In this document: positions 50,320 to 58,266 of the stretch, one piece after another
Position numbering within the stretch: position 1 is the first letter of the stretch
Layout: every line of letters begins with the position of its first letter
Origin: Variovorax sp.
Lineage (GTDB): Bacteria; Pseudomonadota; Gammaproteobacteria; Burkholderiales; Burkholderiaceae_C
DNA length: 64,000 bases
NCBI GenBank assembly: GCA_965218415.1
Contig: CBDCKT010000003.1
Coordinates: 1,896,904 to 1,960,903, forward strand
Direction: 5' to 3'
The notes under the pieces: model-generated
Seen by the model: only the letters and a program-made list of their open reading frames with translations
Told to the model about the DNA's origin: nothing
The model's database searches: none
Made by a program: the position numbers and the translations under genes

Positions 50320-50416
50320 CCAGCTTCCCTGCGCGAGGATTACCTCAATCAGGTTCAAAGGGACTTTCTCAGTCGATTCCCACAGCCGAAGCCAGCGAAT
50401 GACACCCCTAGCGATT
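50320..50416 (-). ncRNA. TPP riboswitch 2 (upstream of cytX)
   Basis: Reverse complement: ctaggggtgtc...GACTGAGAaagtCCCTTTGAACCTGAttgaGGTAATcctcGCGcAGGGAAGC. Confidence 0.95.
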
Positions 50417-50538
50417 GGCTTCACACCGACACGGATCGGCGCAAAGCTTCACTATCTTACGCAAGCTATGAATGCTTTACACAAGTGCATCGTCGGGATG
50501 CCCGGTCAAGCGCATAGTTGGCTGCAACTGAGATCTGA

Positions 50539-50748
50539 ATGAAATACTCGTTGAGCACCCGCTATGTTGTCTGGACCGATATTGCGATCGCGGTCGTTGC
50601 AATCGTCTGGATCGCGCTGAGCCAGCCAGCCCCCCCGCCGCCTGAAACCGATACGCACGCGGCTCAGCCGACAACAGTGTCAACCGGCCCGGCCAAAGCG
50701 CCGGCCGCTGGCGCCCGGGCCGACATCATCGCCAGGACGGGCGATTAG
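50539..50748 (+). CDS. Small hypothetical membrane protein (69 aa)
   Basis: One hydrophobic segment followed by a Pro-rich tail; fills the gap between cytX and FNR. Confidence 0.5.
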   Translation: MKYSLSTRYVVWTDIAIAVVAIVWIALSQPAPPPPETDTHAAQPTTVSTGPAKAPAAGARADIIARTGD

Positions 50749-51811
50749 CTGCAACGGGCGCCACCCCGAGCAGCTCGTGCAGGCGCGTACTCGTGGTCGT
50801 GTATTGCAGCTGCGCCGGCCGATCGGGATGCACGATTGTGCGGGCGCCCCAGGCCGCGAGCGTGGCTTCATGAAAGCCGCAGACGATCAGCTTTTTCTTG
50901 CCCGGATAGGTGTTGATGTCGCCGACCGCGAACACGCCCGGCTGGCGCGTTTCGAAGCGCTCGGTGTCGACCGGCACCTGCTTGCGCTCGAGTTGCAGAC
51001 CCCAATCCGCAATCGGGCCGAGGCGCGGTGAGATGCCCAGCCATGCGAGCACCGTGTCGGCCTGAAGCTTTGTTGCGCCGCCATCAGGCGCGAGGACTTC
51101 GAGCCCGCGCAGGGCGCCGTCGTCGCCGCTGCAACCAGCAATCTGGCCGATCAGAAGCCGCAGTGCGCCTGCGTCGCACTGCTTGCGCATTCTGGCGACC
51201 AGCGCGTCTTCGGCCTGAAAGGCATCCCGACGGTGCAGGACGGTGATGGATGCCGGTTTCTCTTGGCCGGGGCTTCGTGTCGCCAGCGCCGTGGCTGCGT
51301 CGAGCACCGCGTCGTTGCCGCCGACGAGCACAACATGCCGATCTTCCAGACCATCGAGCTGCTCGGGGTGATATCGGACCTGCGTCCCTTCGTACCGGGC
51401 GAGTCCTTCCAGCGCGATCCGTTTCGGCATGAACGCCCCCACACCGCCCGCGATAATCGCGACCTTCGTGAGGAACCCGGTGCCGGCGGATGTGCCGAAG
51501 CGCATTCGCCCGTCGTCTTCGCGAGCCATCGTCGTCACTTGCTGGCCCAGATGCAGGGCAGGGTGAAAGGGCGCGACTTGATTCAGCAATGCATCCGTAA
51601 GGCCTTGCCCTGTGGTTGCGGGCAAGCCGGGAATGTCGTAGATCGGCTTGTCGCCGTACAGCTGCGCGCATTGGCCGCCCGCATGCGGCAGTGCATCGAC
51701 CACCTGACAGGAAATTTCGAGCAGTCCGAGCTGAAACACCTGGAACAGCCCGACCGGACCGGCGCCGATGACGAGCGCGTCGGTTTCGATGGTCGCAGCG
51801 GACGCGCTCAG
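50726..51811 (-). CDS. TrxB-like ferredoxin--NADP+ reductase
   Basis: [37 protein letters not shown] and [10 protein letters not shown] motifs; no CxxC; probable CTG start overlapping the fdx stop. Confidence 0.88.
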   Translation of the reverse strand: MSASAATIETDALVIGAGPVGLFQVFQLGLLEISCQVVDALPHAGGQCAQLYGDKPIYDIPGLPATTGQGLTDALLNQVAPFHPALHLGQQVTTMAREDDGRMRFGTSAGTGFLTKVAIIAGGVGAFMPKRIALEGLARYEGTQVRYHPEQLDGLEDRHVVLVGGNDAVLDAATALATRSPGQEKPASITVLHRRDAFQAEDALVARMRKQCDAGALRLLIGQIAGCSGDDGALRGLEVLAPDGGATKLQADTVLAWLGISPRLGPIADWGLQLERKQVPVDTERFETRQPGVFAVGDINTYPGKKKLIVCGFHEATLAAWGARTIVHPDRPAQLQYTTTSTRLHELLGVAPVAANRPSWR

Positions 51812-52137
51812 CGCACCAGCTCCGACAGCTTGTTCGGCACGTCTTTCCATTCGTCGGCGTCGGGCGGCGCGGGCTTGCGCCGCGTGATGGTTTTCCAGCC
51901 GTCGGCGTTCACGAGTTCGGCATTGAGCTTGATGAATTCCATCTGGTCGGCCGGCAGATCTTCTTCGGCATAGATCGCGTTGACCGGGCATTCGGGAATG
52001 CAGACCGCGCAATCGATGCATTCATCGGGATCGATGATCAGCATGTTCGGCCCCTCGCGAAAGCAATCGACCGGACAGACGTCGACGCAGTCAGTGTATT
52101 TGCAGCGGATACAGGATTCGGTGACGACGTGGGTCAT
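51808..52137 (-). CDS. fdxA: 7Fe ([3Fe-4S][4Fe-4S]) ferredoxin
   Basis: [26 protein letters not shown]...[12 protein letters not shown]. Confidence 0.93.
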   Translation of the reverse strand: MTHVVTESCIRCKYTDCVDVCPVDCFREGPNMLIIDPDECIDCAVCIPECPVNAIYAEEDLPADQMEFIKLNAELVNADGWKTITRRKPAPPDADEWKDVPNKLSELVR

Positions 52138-52293
52138 GTTGTGAGGCGATGGTTCTGGCGCTCGTTGCAGCGCCGATTCCGGAAAAAGCAACTTATTTTA
52201 GAGGGGCTGCCGGCGCGTCGACGCGATGCGGTCTTTCCGAATGGCGCGCGTTCGATCAGCCTCGGCGCGCAACACGAGCCGCGCGACACATCC

Positions 52294-53700
52294 TCACCGT
52301 ACCAGCACCGCGCCGGCGGTTCGATGGCTCGCCGTGTCGACCAGCACCAGCGACCCGAGCGCGCGCGATTCGGCGAACGGTCGCACGACCAATGGCTGCT
52401 GCAATGCAAGAACCACAGTCCCGATCGCGTTGCGCTCGAGTTGCGAGGCCGGCGCCGATTGCAAGCTCGCGATATCGAGCCGGCCCGCGATCCGCGCGAC
52501 CTTCGCCTTCACCCAGCGGTGCCCTTGCAGTGCCCAGTAAACCCGGCCAACCACCAGCGGTTCATCGTCGAGCCAGGCGACGGTCGCATGCAGTTGGCGC
52601 ACCGGCGCGAAACAGTCGGGCGCGAGTAGCCAATCGCCACGCGAGATGTCGAGCTCCCGGTCGAGCACGATGCCGCCGCTTCGTCCCGCGCTCACGGTGT
52701 CGGGTCGGCGCACATGGTCGAGCACACGGGCCACGATCGCCGTCTGTCCACCCGGCATCACTGTGAGCGGCTGGCCCGGCGCGATCCGGCCCGAGGCAAC
52801 CCGGCCCCAGAAAATCCGGCGGCCTCCGGTCGTCTCGCTTGGTTCCGCTGCCTTCGACGCCGCTGCGTTAGACTCCGCTGCCGTCGATTCCGATGCTCTT
52901 TCGACCCACTGAACCGGAAATGCGCACGGCCCGCCGTTCTCCGCCGGCATCGACGGAAGTGCTTCGAGCAGCTCGAGCAGACACGGGCCCTGGTAGCCGC
53001 ACCAACCGGCCTTCCGGCGAGCCACGTTCCAGCCTTCGAGCGCAGACACCGGAATCGCGGCGGCAGCCGACATTGCGGCTGCGTCGGCGAATTCGGCGAG
53101 CGCCGAAGCGATCCGGCGGAACGCCTGCGCCGCGTCTGCGATCGCGTCGAGCTTGTTGACGACGAACACGATCGAGGGCACGCGCAGCAGCTGCGCGAGG
53201 AGCGCATGGCGACGGGTTTGCGGCAACAGTTCGCCGATGTCACGATCGCCGGCGCCGGCCCAAGCGAGCTTGGTCGCATCGACCAGCACCACGGCGGCGT
53301 CGGCGCTCGACGCTGCGGTGACCATGTTGCGCGTGTACTGCTCATGGCCCGGCGCATCGCCGATCACGAACTTGCGCCGCGCGGTCGCGAAGTAGCGGTA
53401 CGCGACATCGATCGTGATGCCTTGTTCGCGCTCGGCGGAAAGGCCGTCGGTGAGGCGCGCGAGGTCGATCGACTCGCCGTTGGCACCGCGTGTCGTCATG
53501 CCCGCAAGCTGGTCTTGCAGCACGGCCTTGCTGTCGACCAGCAGCCGACCGATCAAGGTGCTTTTGCCGTCGTCGACGCTGCCGCAGGTGATGAAACGCA
53601 GCGCTGCGGCGGTCTCGTGCTGTGCTCCAAAATTTGAAGAAAAAGTGGTCGAAACGCCCGTCCCACCTTCGCAGGCAGCTATCGAATCAATAGCATTCAT
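52294..53700 (-). CDS. cysN: Sulfate adenylyltransferase subunit 1 (GTPase)
   Basis: CGSVDDGKSTLIG, EREQGITID, DAPGHEQYTRNM, NKLD and SALEG motifs; ATGA overlap with cysD. Confidence 0.93.
   Translation of the reverse strand: MNAIDSIAACEGGTGVSTTFSSNFGAQHETAAALRFITCGSVDDGKSTLIGRLLVDSKAVLQDQLAGMTTRGANGESIDLARLTDGLSAEREQGITIDVAYRYFATARRKFVIGDAPGHEQYTRNMVTAASSADAAVVLVDATKLAWAGAGDRDIGELLPQTRRHALLAQLLRVPSIVFVVNKLDAIADAAQAFRRIASALAEFADAAAMSAAAAIPVSALEGWNVARRKAGWCGYQGPCLLELLEALPSMPAENGGPCAFPVQWVERASESTAAESNAAASKAAEPSETTGGRRIFWGRVASGRIAPGQPLTVMPGGQTAIVARVLDHVRRPDTVSAGRSGGIVLDRELDISRGDWLLAPDCFAPVRQLHATVAWLDDEPLVVGRVYWALQGHRWVKAKVARIAGRLDIASLQSAPASQLERNAIGTVVLALQQPLVVRPFAESRALGSLVLVDTASHRTAGAVLVR
52843..52896. 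repeat. Imperfect 15-bp tandem repeat (about 3.5 units) inside cysN
   Basis: ttccgctgccttcga / cgccgctgcgttaga / ctccgctgccgtcga / ttccgatgc, encoding S(T/N/K)AA(E/A) units. Confidence 0.7.
53631..53694 (+). repeat. 64-bp dispersed repeat, copy 11 (in frame, antisense, in the cysN N-terminus)
   Basis: AATTTGAAGAAAAAGTGGTCGAAACGCCCGTCCCACCTTCGCAGGCAGCTATCGAATCAATAGC; protein reads AIDSIAACEGGTGVSTTFSSNF. Confidence 0.9.
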
Positions 53701-54641
53701 CAAAAATATCCATCCTTCTTTCGCGTTTCCATCGAGGCATCGGAGGTTCTGTCGTCCATCCGCGTCGCGCCGCGTTCGCTGATATCGACGACGAGCGTCT
53801 CGCGCACCACGGCCGAGGCATCGGCCGCCGAACTCGCGACCGGGCAGGTGCAGGTCACATCGCCGACAGTGCGAAAGCGGACGTTGCGGCGCTGCACCGA
53901 TTCGCCCTCGCGCGGCGGCGTGAGTTCGGTCACCGGCACCAGCAGGCCTTTGCGTTCGACCACCTCGCGTTGGTGCGCGTAGTAGAGCGAGGGCAGGGCG
54001 ACGGCTTCGCGCTCGATGTATTGCCACACGTCGAGTTCGGTCCAGTTCGAGATCGGGAACACCCGAAAATGCTCGCCAGGTGCGATGCGGGTGTTGAAAA
54101 GCGTCCACAGCTCGGGTCGCTGGTCTTTGGGCTGCCATTGGCCGAAGCCGTCGCGGTGCGAAAAGATCCGTTCCTTGGCGCGCGCTTTTTCCTCGTCGCG
54201 CCGGGCGCCGCCGATCAGCGCGTCGAAGCGGAACTCTTCGATCGCTTCGAGCAAGGTCACCGACTGATGCACGTTGCGCGATTCGCCAGAATGCGCGAGC
54301 CGCACCGTGCCGCGCGCGATCGAGTCGTCGAGCTTGCGCACGATCAGCTCGCAACCCAGTTCCGCCGCGCGAAAGTCACGAAAGGCGGTGACTTCGGGAA
54401 AGTTGTGGCCGGTATCGATCATCAACAGCGGATAGGGAATTCGCCCGCGTCCGAATGCCTTCTCGGCGCAGCGCAACAGCACCAGCGAATCCTTGCCGCC
54501 CGAGAACAGCAGTGTCGGCCGCTCGAACGCGGCCGCGACTTCGCGCAGGATGAAGATCGTCTCTTCTTCGAGCGCGTCGAGATGGGTATTCGAAAGCGGC
54601 GCGGGCGATTGCAGAAGGTCGGGAGCGGTGCGGGCGTTCAT
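53700..54641 (-). CDS. cysD: Sulfate adenylyltransferase subunit 2
   Basis: FSGGKDS, IDTGHNF, GGARRDEEKARAKER and RFRTVGD motifs. Confidence 0.96.
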   Translation of the reverse strand: MNARTAPDLLQSPAPLSNTHLDALEEETIFILREVAAAFERPTLLFSGGKDSLVLLRCAEKAFGRGRIPYPLLMIDTGHNFPEVTAFRDFRAAELGCELIVRKLDDSIARGTVRLAHSGESRNVHQSVTLLEAIEEFRFDALIGGARRDEEKARAKERIFSHRDGFGQWQPKDQRPELWTLFNTRIAPGEHFRVFPISNWTELDVWQYIEREAVALPSLYYAHQREVVERKGLLVPVTELTPPREGESVQRRNVRFRTVGDVTCTCPVASSAADASAVVRETLVVDISERGATRMDDRTSDASMETRKKDGYF

Positions 54642-54673
54642 GTTTGTTGGTTAGTTTCAGAGAGCGAACTTCC

Positions 54674-54851
54674 GGACGCAGAGGACGCAAAGGTTTTGCA
54701 GAAGACGCAAAAAAGAAAATTGGTCTTGGATGTGTCGGTTGTGGAACTCAGCTAATTCAGCTGTTCAGGGCGCAGACAGAAGACGCGGCTCGAGAAAAAG
54801 TTTTGGTATTCCTTCTGCGCCTTCTGCGAAACCTCTGCGTCTTCTGCGTCC
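54674..54851. repeat. Long REP-like imperfect inverted repeat, family 2 copy B
   Basis: Arms ggacgcagaggacgcaaagg... and ...cctctgcgtcttctgcgtcc; shares tttggtattcctt-tgcgc-cttc-gcgaaacct with copy A. Confidence 0.88.
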
Positions 54852-54869
54852 TGTAGTCCGCTTTGGATT

Positions 54870-55622
54870 TCACGCGACTACCGCAATCGAAATCGACCCG
54901 CCCACATGCAGCCCGCATTCCTTTGCGCCTTCCTGCTCCCACCACCAGCGGCCAGAGCGAAAGTCTTCGCCGAGCGTCACGGCGCGGGTGCAGGGGGCGC
55001 AGCCGATGCTCGGATAGAACTGGTCGTGCAGCGGGTTGTAGGGAATGCCGCGGTACTGGATGTAGTGCCAGACATCGCCCCACGTCCATCTGGCGAGCGG
55101 GTTGAATTTGGCGAGCTTCGGGTTACCGTGCGACGCCACATCGGGACGCTCGAACAATTCCACTTTGGACCGGTCGCCCGACTGCTCCCGGCGCAGGCCG
55201 GTGACCCAGCCGCGCTTGCCGGTCAATGCGCGCGCGAGCGGCTCGAGCTTGCGCAAATGGCAGCAGGCCTTGCGCAGTTCGACGCTGCGAAACATCGGCG
55301 ACTCACCCTCCGCGGCTTCGAAAGCGGCCACCGCAGCGGCATCGGGCCGGTAGCGCGACACCTGGATTCCATAGTGCGTTTCGACCCGGTCGACGAGCGC
55401 CAGGGTTTCGGCATGAAGCTTGCCGGTGTCGAGCACGAAGATTTCCGCCTCGATGCCCGAGCGATTCAGCAGGTCGGTGATCACCATGTCTTCGGCGCCG
55501 AGGCTCGATGCTTGCGTGATCGGCGCGTACTCGACAGCCGCTTGCTGCAGCAGCGCGATGGTTTCAGCCAGCTTGTCTTCGAAGTCTGGCGACGGATTGG
55601 CATGGAGCGTGATCGCGTTCAT
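54870..55622 (-). CDS. cysH: APS reductase-type CysH
   Basis: SSLGAED, LDTG, CCHLRKLEPL (CC pair), SIGCAPCT (CxxC) and ECGLH; the CC...CxxC pattern indicates a 4Fe-4S APS reductase, consistent with no cysC in the operon. Confidence 0.93.
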   Translation of the reverse strand: MNAITLHANPSPDFEDKLAETIALLQQAAVEYAPITQASSLGAEDMVITDLLNRSGIEAEIFVLDTGKLHAETLALVDRVETHYGIQVSRYRPDAAAVAAFEAAEGESPMFRSVELRKACCHLRKLEPLARALTGKRGWVTGLRREQSGDRSKVELFERPDVASHGNPKLAKFNPLARWTWGDVWHYIQYRGIPYNPLHDQFYPSIGCAPCTRAVTLGEDFRSGRWWWEQEGAKECGLHVGGSISIAVVA

Positions 55623-55694
55623 CTACATTGCCTTTCTCGCTGGACCGTGCCGGCTTTCATTGAGCCGAACCGAAGCTGCTGTCGCGCAGCAAAC

Positions 55695-56117
55695 TCAAAT
55701 TGCAATCGCCGAGTCGTGCGGATCGGCCATGCGCCGAAAGCGCGGCAACGGCTCTTGCGCGTCGCCCTGATAGAAGCTCGCGAAACGATCGAACTGCCGC
55801 TCGGCCGCATTCGCACTGACGTCGTCGCGCAGCACCGCACTCGAGAAGCCGCAACGTTGCATCTGCACGAGCTGGTCGATCAACACGTCGCCGGTCGCGC
55901 GGATCTCACCCTTGTAGCGCAGGCGTTGCCGCAGCAAATACGCCTGGCTGAAGGCGCGGCCGTCGGAGAACACCGGAAAGTCGAGGTCGATTCGTGTCAC
56001 GTCGCCCAAGCAAGCGTCGATCGCGAGCGGATCGGCGTCGTTCGCGATTTGCAGCACGTTCGGTGTGCCGTCGTCGGTGTGCTCCTCGCTCGACAGAATG
56101 CGCAAAGTCCGGTTCAT
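55695..56117 (-). CDS. DUF934 family protein
   Basis: FPVFSDGRAFSQAYLLR, RATGDVLIDQ, RCGF and YQGD motifs. Confidence 0.9.
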   Translation of the reverse strand: MNRTLRILSSEEHTDDGTPNVLQIANDADPLAIDACLGDVTRIDLDFPVFSDGRAFSQAYLLRQRLRYKGEIRATGDVLIDQLVQMQRCGFSSAVLRDDVSANAAERQFDRFASFYQGDAQEPLPRFRRMADPHDSAIAI

Positions 56118-57904
56118 GCCGCGTGCTCCTCTTTGAATCGCGCGCCATTGGCTGCCGTCTTGAACGGATCGGGCCCGACCCGGCGCAAGGTGTCGATGAA
56201 GTTCTCGCGCCGGCCCTCGCTCGTCTGGCGCTGGTCGCGATAGGTGCCGAGCAAGGCCTCGATCACATCGGGCACTTCGGCCGCCGAGAACGACGGGCCC
56301 ACGGTCTTGCCGGCTTGCGCGGCGCCGCTGAGCACAGAGCCGTCCGAGCCGCCGAGCGAAACCTGGTACCACTCCTTGCCGTCCTTGTCGACGCCGAGGA
56401 TGCCGATATGCCCGCTGTGATGATGGCCGCAGGAATTGATGCAGCCGCTGATGTGCAGATCGATTTCGCCGAGGTCGTCGAGCTCGTCCAGGTCCTGGTA
56501 GCGCTCGGTGATCGCCTCGGCGATCGGGATCGAGCGCGCATTCGCGAGTGCGCAGAAGTCGCCGCCGGGGCAGGCGATCATGTCGGTGAGCAAATGCACG
56601 TTCGCGCTTGCAAAACCGGCTTCGCGCGCGGCGAGCCACAGCGCATGCAGGTCTTCGGCATGGACCCAGGGCAGCACGATGTTCTGGTCGTGGTTGACGC
56701 GCGCTTCGCCGCACGAAAAACGATCGGCGAGCTCGGCCAGGGTGTCGAGCTGGTCGGCCGATGCATCGCCGGGCGCCTGACCGCGCCGCTTGAACGACAG
56801 CGTGACTGCGCGCAAGCTGGCGTTTTTATGCGCCGCGACGTTGCGCTGCAGCCAGCGCGCGAACATCGGCTCCTCGGCCGAGGCGTTGCGCAGGTCGGTA
56901 TCGGTCTGCTCCGCGCTCTGGAACACGCGCGCCGCGAGCGCGGGCGGGACGAACGACGCGGCGACCCGGTCGAATTCGGCTTGCGTCAAGGTATGCGAGG
57001 CACCGTCGTGTTCGATGATTTGGCGAAATTCGGCCTCGACGTCGTCGATGAAGCGCTGTCCTTCGGCCTTGACCAGGATCTTGATCCGCGCCTTGTACTT
57101 GTTGTCGCGCCGACCGTAGCGGTTGTAGGTTCGCACCACGGCTTCGAGGTAATTCATGATCTGCGGCCACGGCAAAAACTCGCGCAGAACCGTGCCGATG
57201 ACCGGCGTGCGGCCCATGCCGCCACCGGCCATCACGCGAAAGCAGACTTCCCCACCATCGTTCTTGACCAGCTTCAGGCCGACGTCGTGCCAGGCAGTTG
57301 CCGCACGGTCTTCGTCGGCGCCGGTGATCGCGATCTTGAACTTGCGCGGCAAGAACGCGAACTCCGGATGCAAGGTGCTCCACTGCCGCAGGATTTCGGC
57401 GAAGGGCCGCGGATCAGCCACTTCGTCCACCGCGATGCCCGCGCGCTCGTCGGTCGTGATGTTGCGGATGCAGTTGCCGCTGGTCTGAATGCCGTGCATG
57501 TCGACCGTGGCGAGCAGGTCCATCACGTCGGCCGATCTGGCCAGCGGAATCCAGTTGAACTGCACGTTGGTGCGGGTCGAGAAATGGCCGTAGTGGGTCG
57601 GCAAATGGGCGGTGCCGAGGGCGCCCTGGGTTTCGCTCGCATGCCTATAGACCTCGGCTTCGGGCTCGTCGTATTCGCGGGCGATTCGCGCCAGAACCCG
57701 CAACTGGCGGCTGGCCAATTCGCCATAAGGCACCGCCACGCGCAGCATCGGCGCATAACGCTGCACATACCAGCCGTTTTGAAGCCGCAGCGGCAAAAAT
57801 TCGGATTCGGAGAGTTGCCCCGCCTGCCAGCGCTCGAGCTGGTCGCGAAACTGCGCCGCGCGCTGGCGGACGAACTGGCGATCGAAATCGGTGTATTGGT
57901 ACAT
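56114..57904 (-). CDS. cysI: Ferredoxin-dependent sulfite/nitrite reductase hemoprotein
   Basis: RLQNGWY, TRTNVQFNW, TSGNCIRN, LPRKFKIA; ACPGGDFC and SGCINSCG siroheme-FeS ligands. Confidence 0.93.
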   Translation of the reverse strand: MYQYTDFDRQFVRQRAAQFRDQLERWQAGQLSESEFLPLRLQNGWYVQRYAPMLRVAVPYGELASRQLRVLARIAREYDEPEAEVYRHASETQGALGTAHLPTHYGHFSTRTNVQFNWIPLARSADVMDLLATVDMHGIQTSGNCIRNITTDERAGIAVDEVADPRPFAEILRQWSTLHPEFAFLPRKFKIAITGADEDRAATAWHDVGLKLVKNDGGEVCFRVMAGGGMGRTPVIGTVLREFLPWPQIMNYLEAVVRTYNRYGRRDNKYKARIKILVKAEGQRFIDDVEAEFRQIIEHDGASHTLTQAEFDRVAASFVPPALAARVFQSAEQTDTDLRNASAEEPMFARWLQRNVAAHKNASLRAVTLSFKRRGQAPGDASADQLDTLAELADRFSCGEARVNHDQNIVLPWVHAEDLHALWLAAREAGFASANVHLLTDMIACPGGDFCALANARSIPIAEAITERYQDLDELDDLGEIDLHISGCINSCGHHHSGHIGILGVDKDGKEWYQVSLGGSDGSVLSGAAQAGKTVGPSFSAAEVPDVIEALLGTYRDQRQTSEGRRENFIDTLRRVGPDPFKTAANGARFKEEHAA

Positions 57905-58173
57905 GGGAGTTACAAGGCGTGCAGCGCCTTCGAAGGACCGCTGCTTTCCGATGAAACCGGAATGTAGCGACGGACCTTATGGATTCAAACGATTATTTTG
58001 TTCGCGCTTTATGCGGATAAGCATATGCGTGATGCGGGGTACGCGTTGCGGCGGGATCGAGAAGCCATCCTGTGTGCGCTGCCGCGGCGATCACGCGGCG
58101 TTCAACACAGGTTTCATCCGCATGCCGGCGGCAGCATCGGGTTCGCAGGAGACAGGCAGCGCCTGCACCGCCT

Positions 58174-58237
58174 AATTCAAGAGAAATATGCCACCAGCGC
58201 TTGCTGGACTTGCGCATCCAGCTATTGAAGTGATAGC
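58174..58237 (+). repeat. 64-bp dispersed repeat, copy 12
   Basis: AATTCAAGAGAAATATGCCACCAGCGCTTGCTGGACTTGCGCATCCAGCTATTGAAGTGATAGC. Confidence 0.85.
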
Positions 58238-58266
58238 GAAATAGCCTTGCTTTCTACCTTGAAAAC

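Noticed and set aside
57950-58030. CysB/LysR operator upstream of cysI (ttatgcggataagcata region)
   Set aside because: Plausible by position, but the dyad is too degenerate to call without a matrix.
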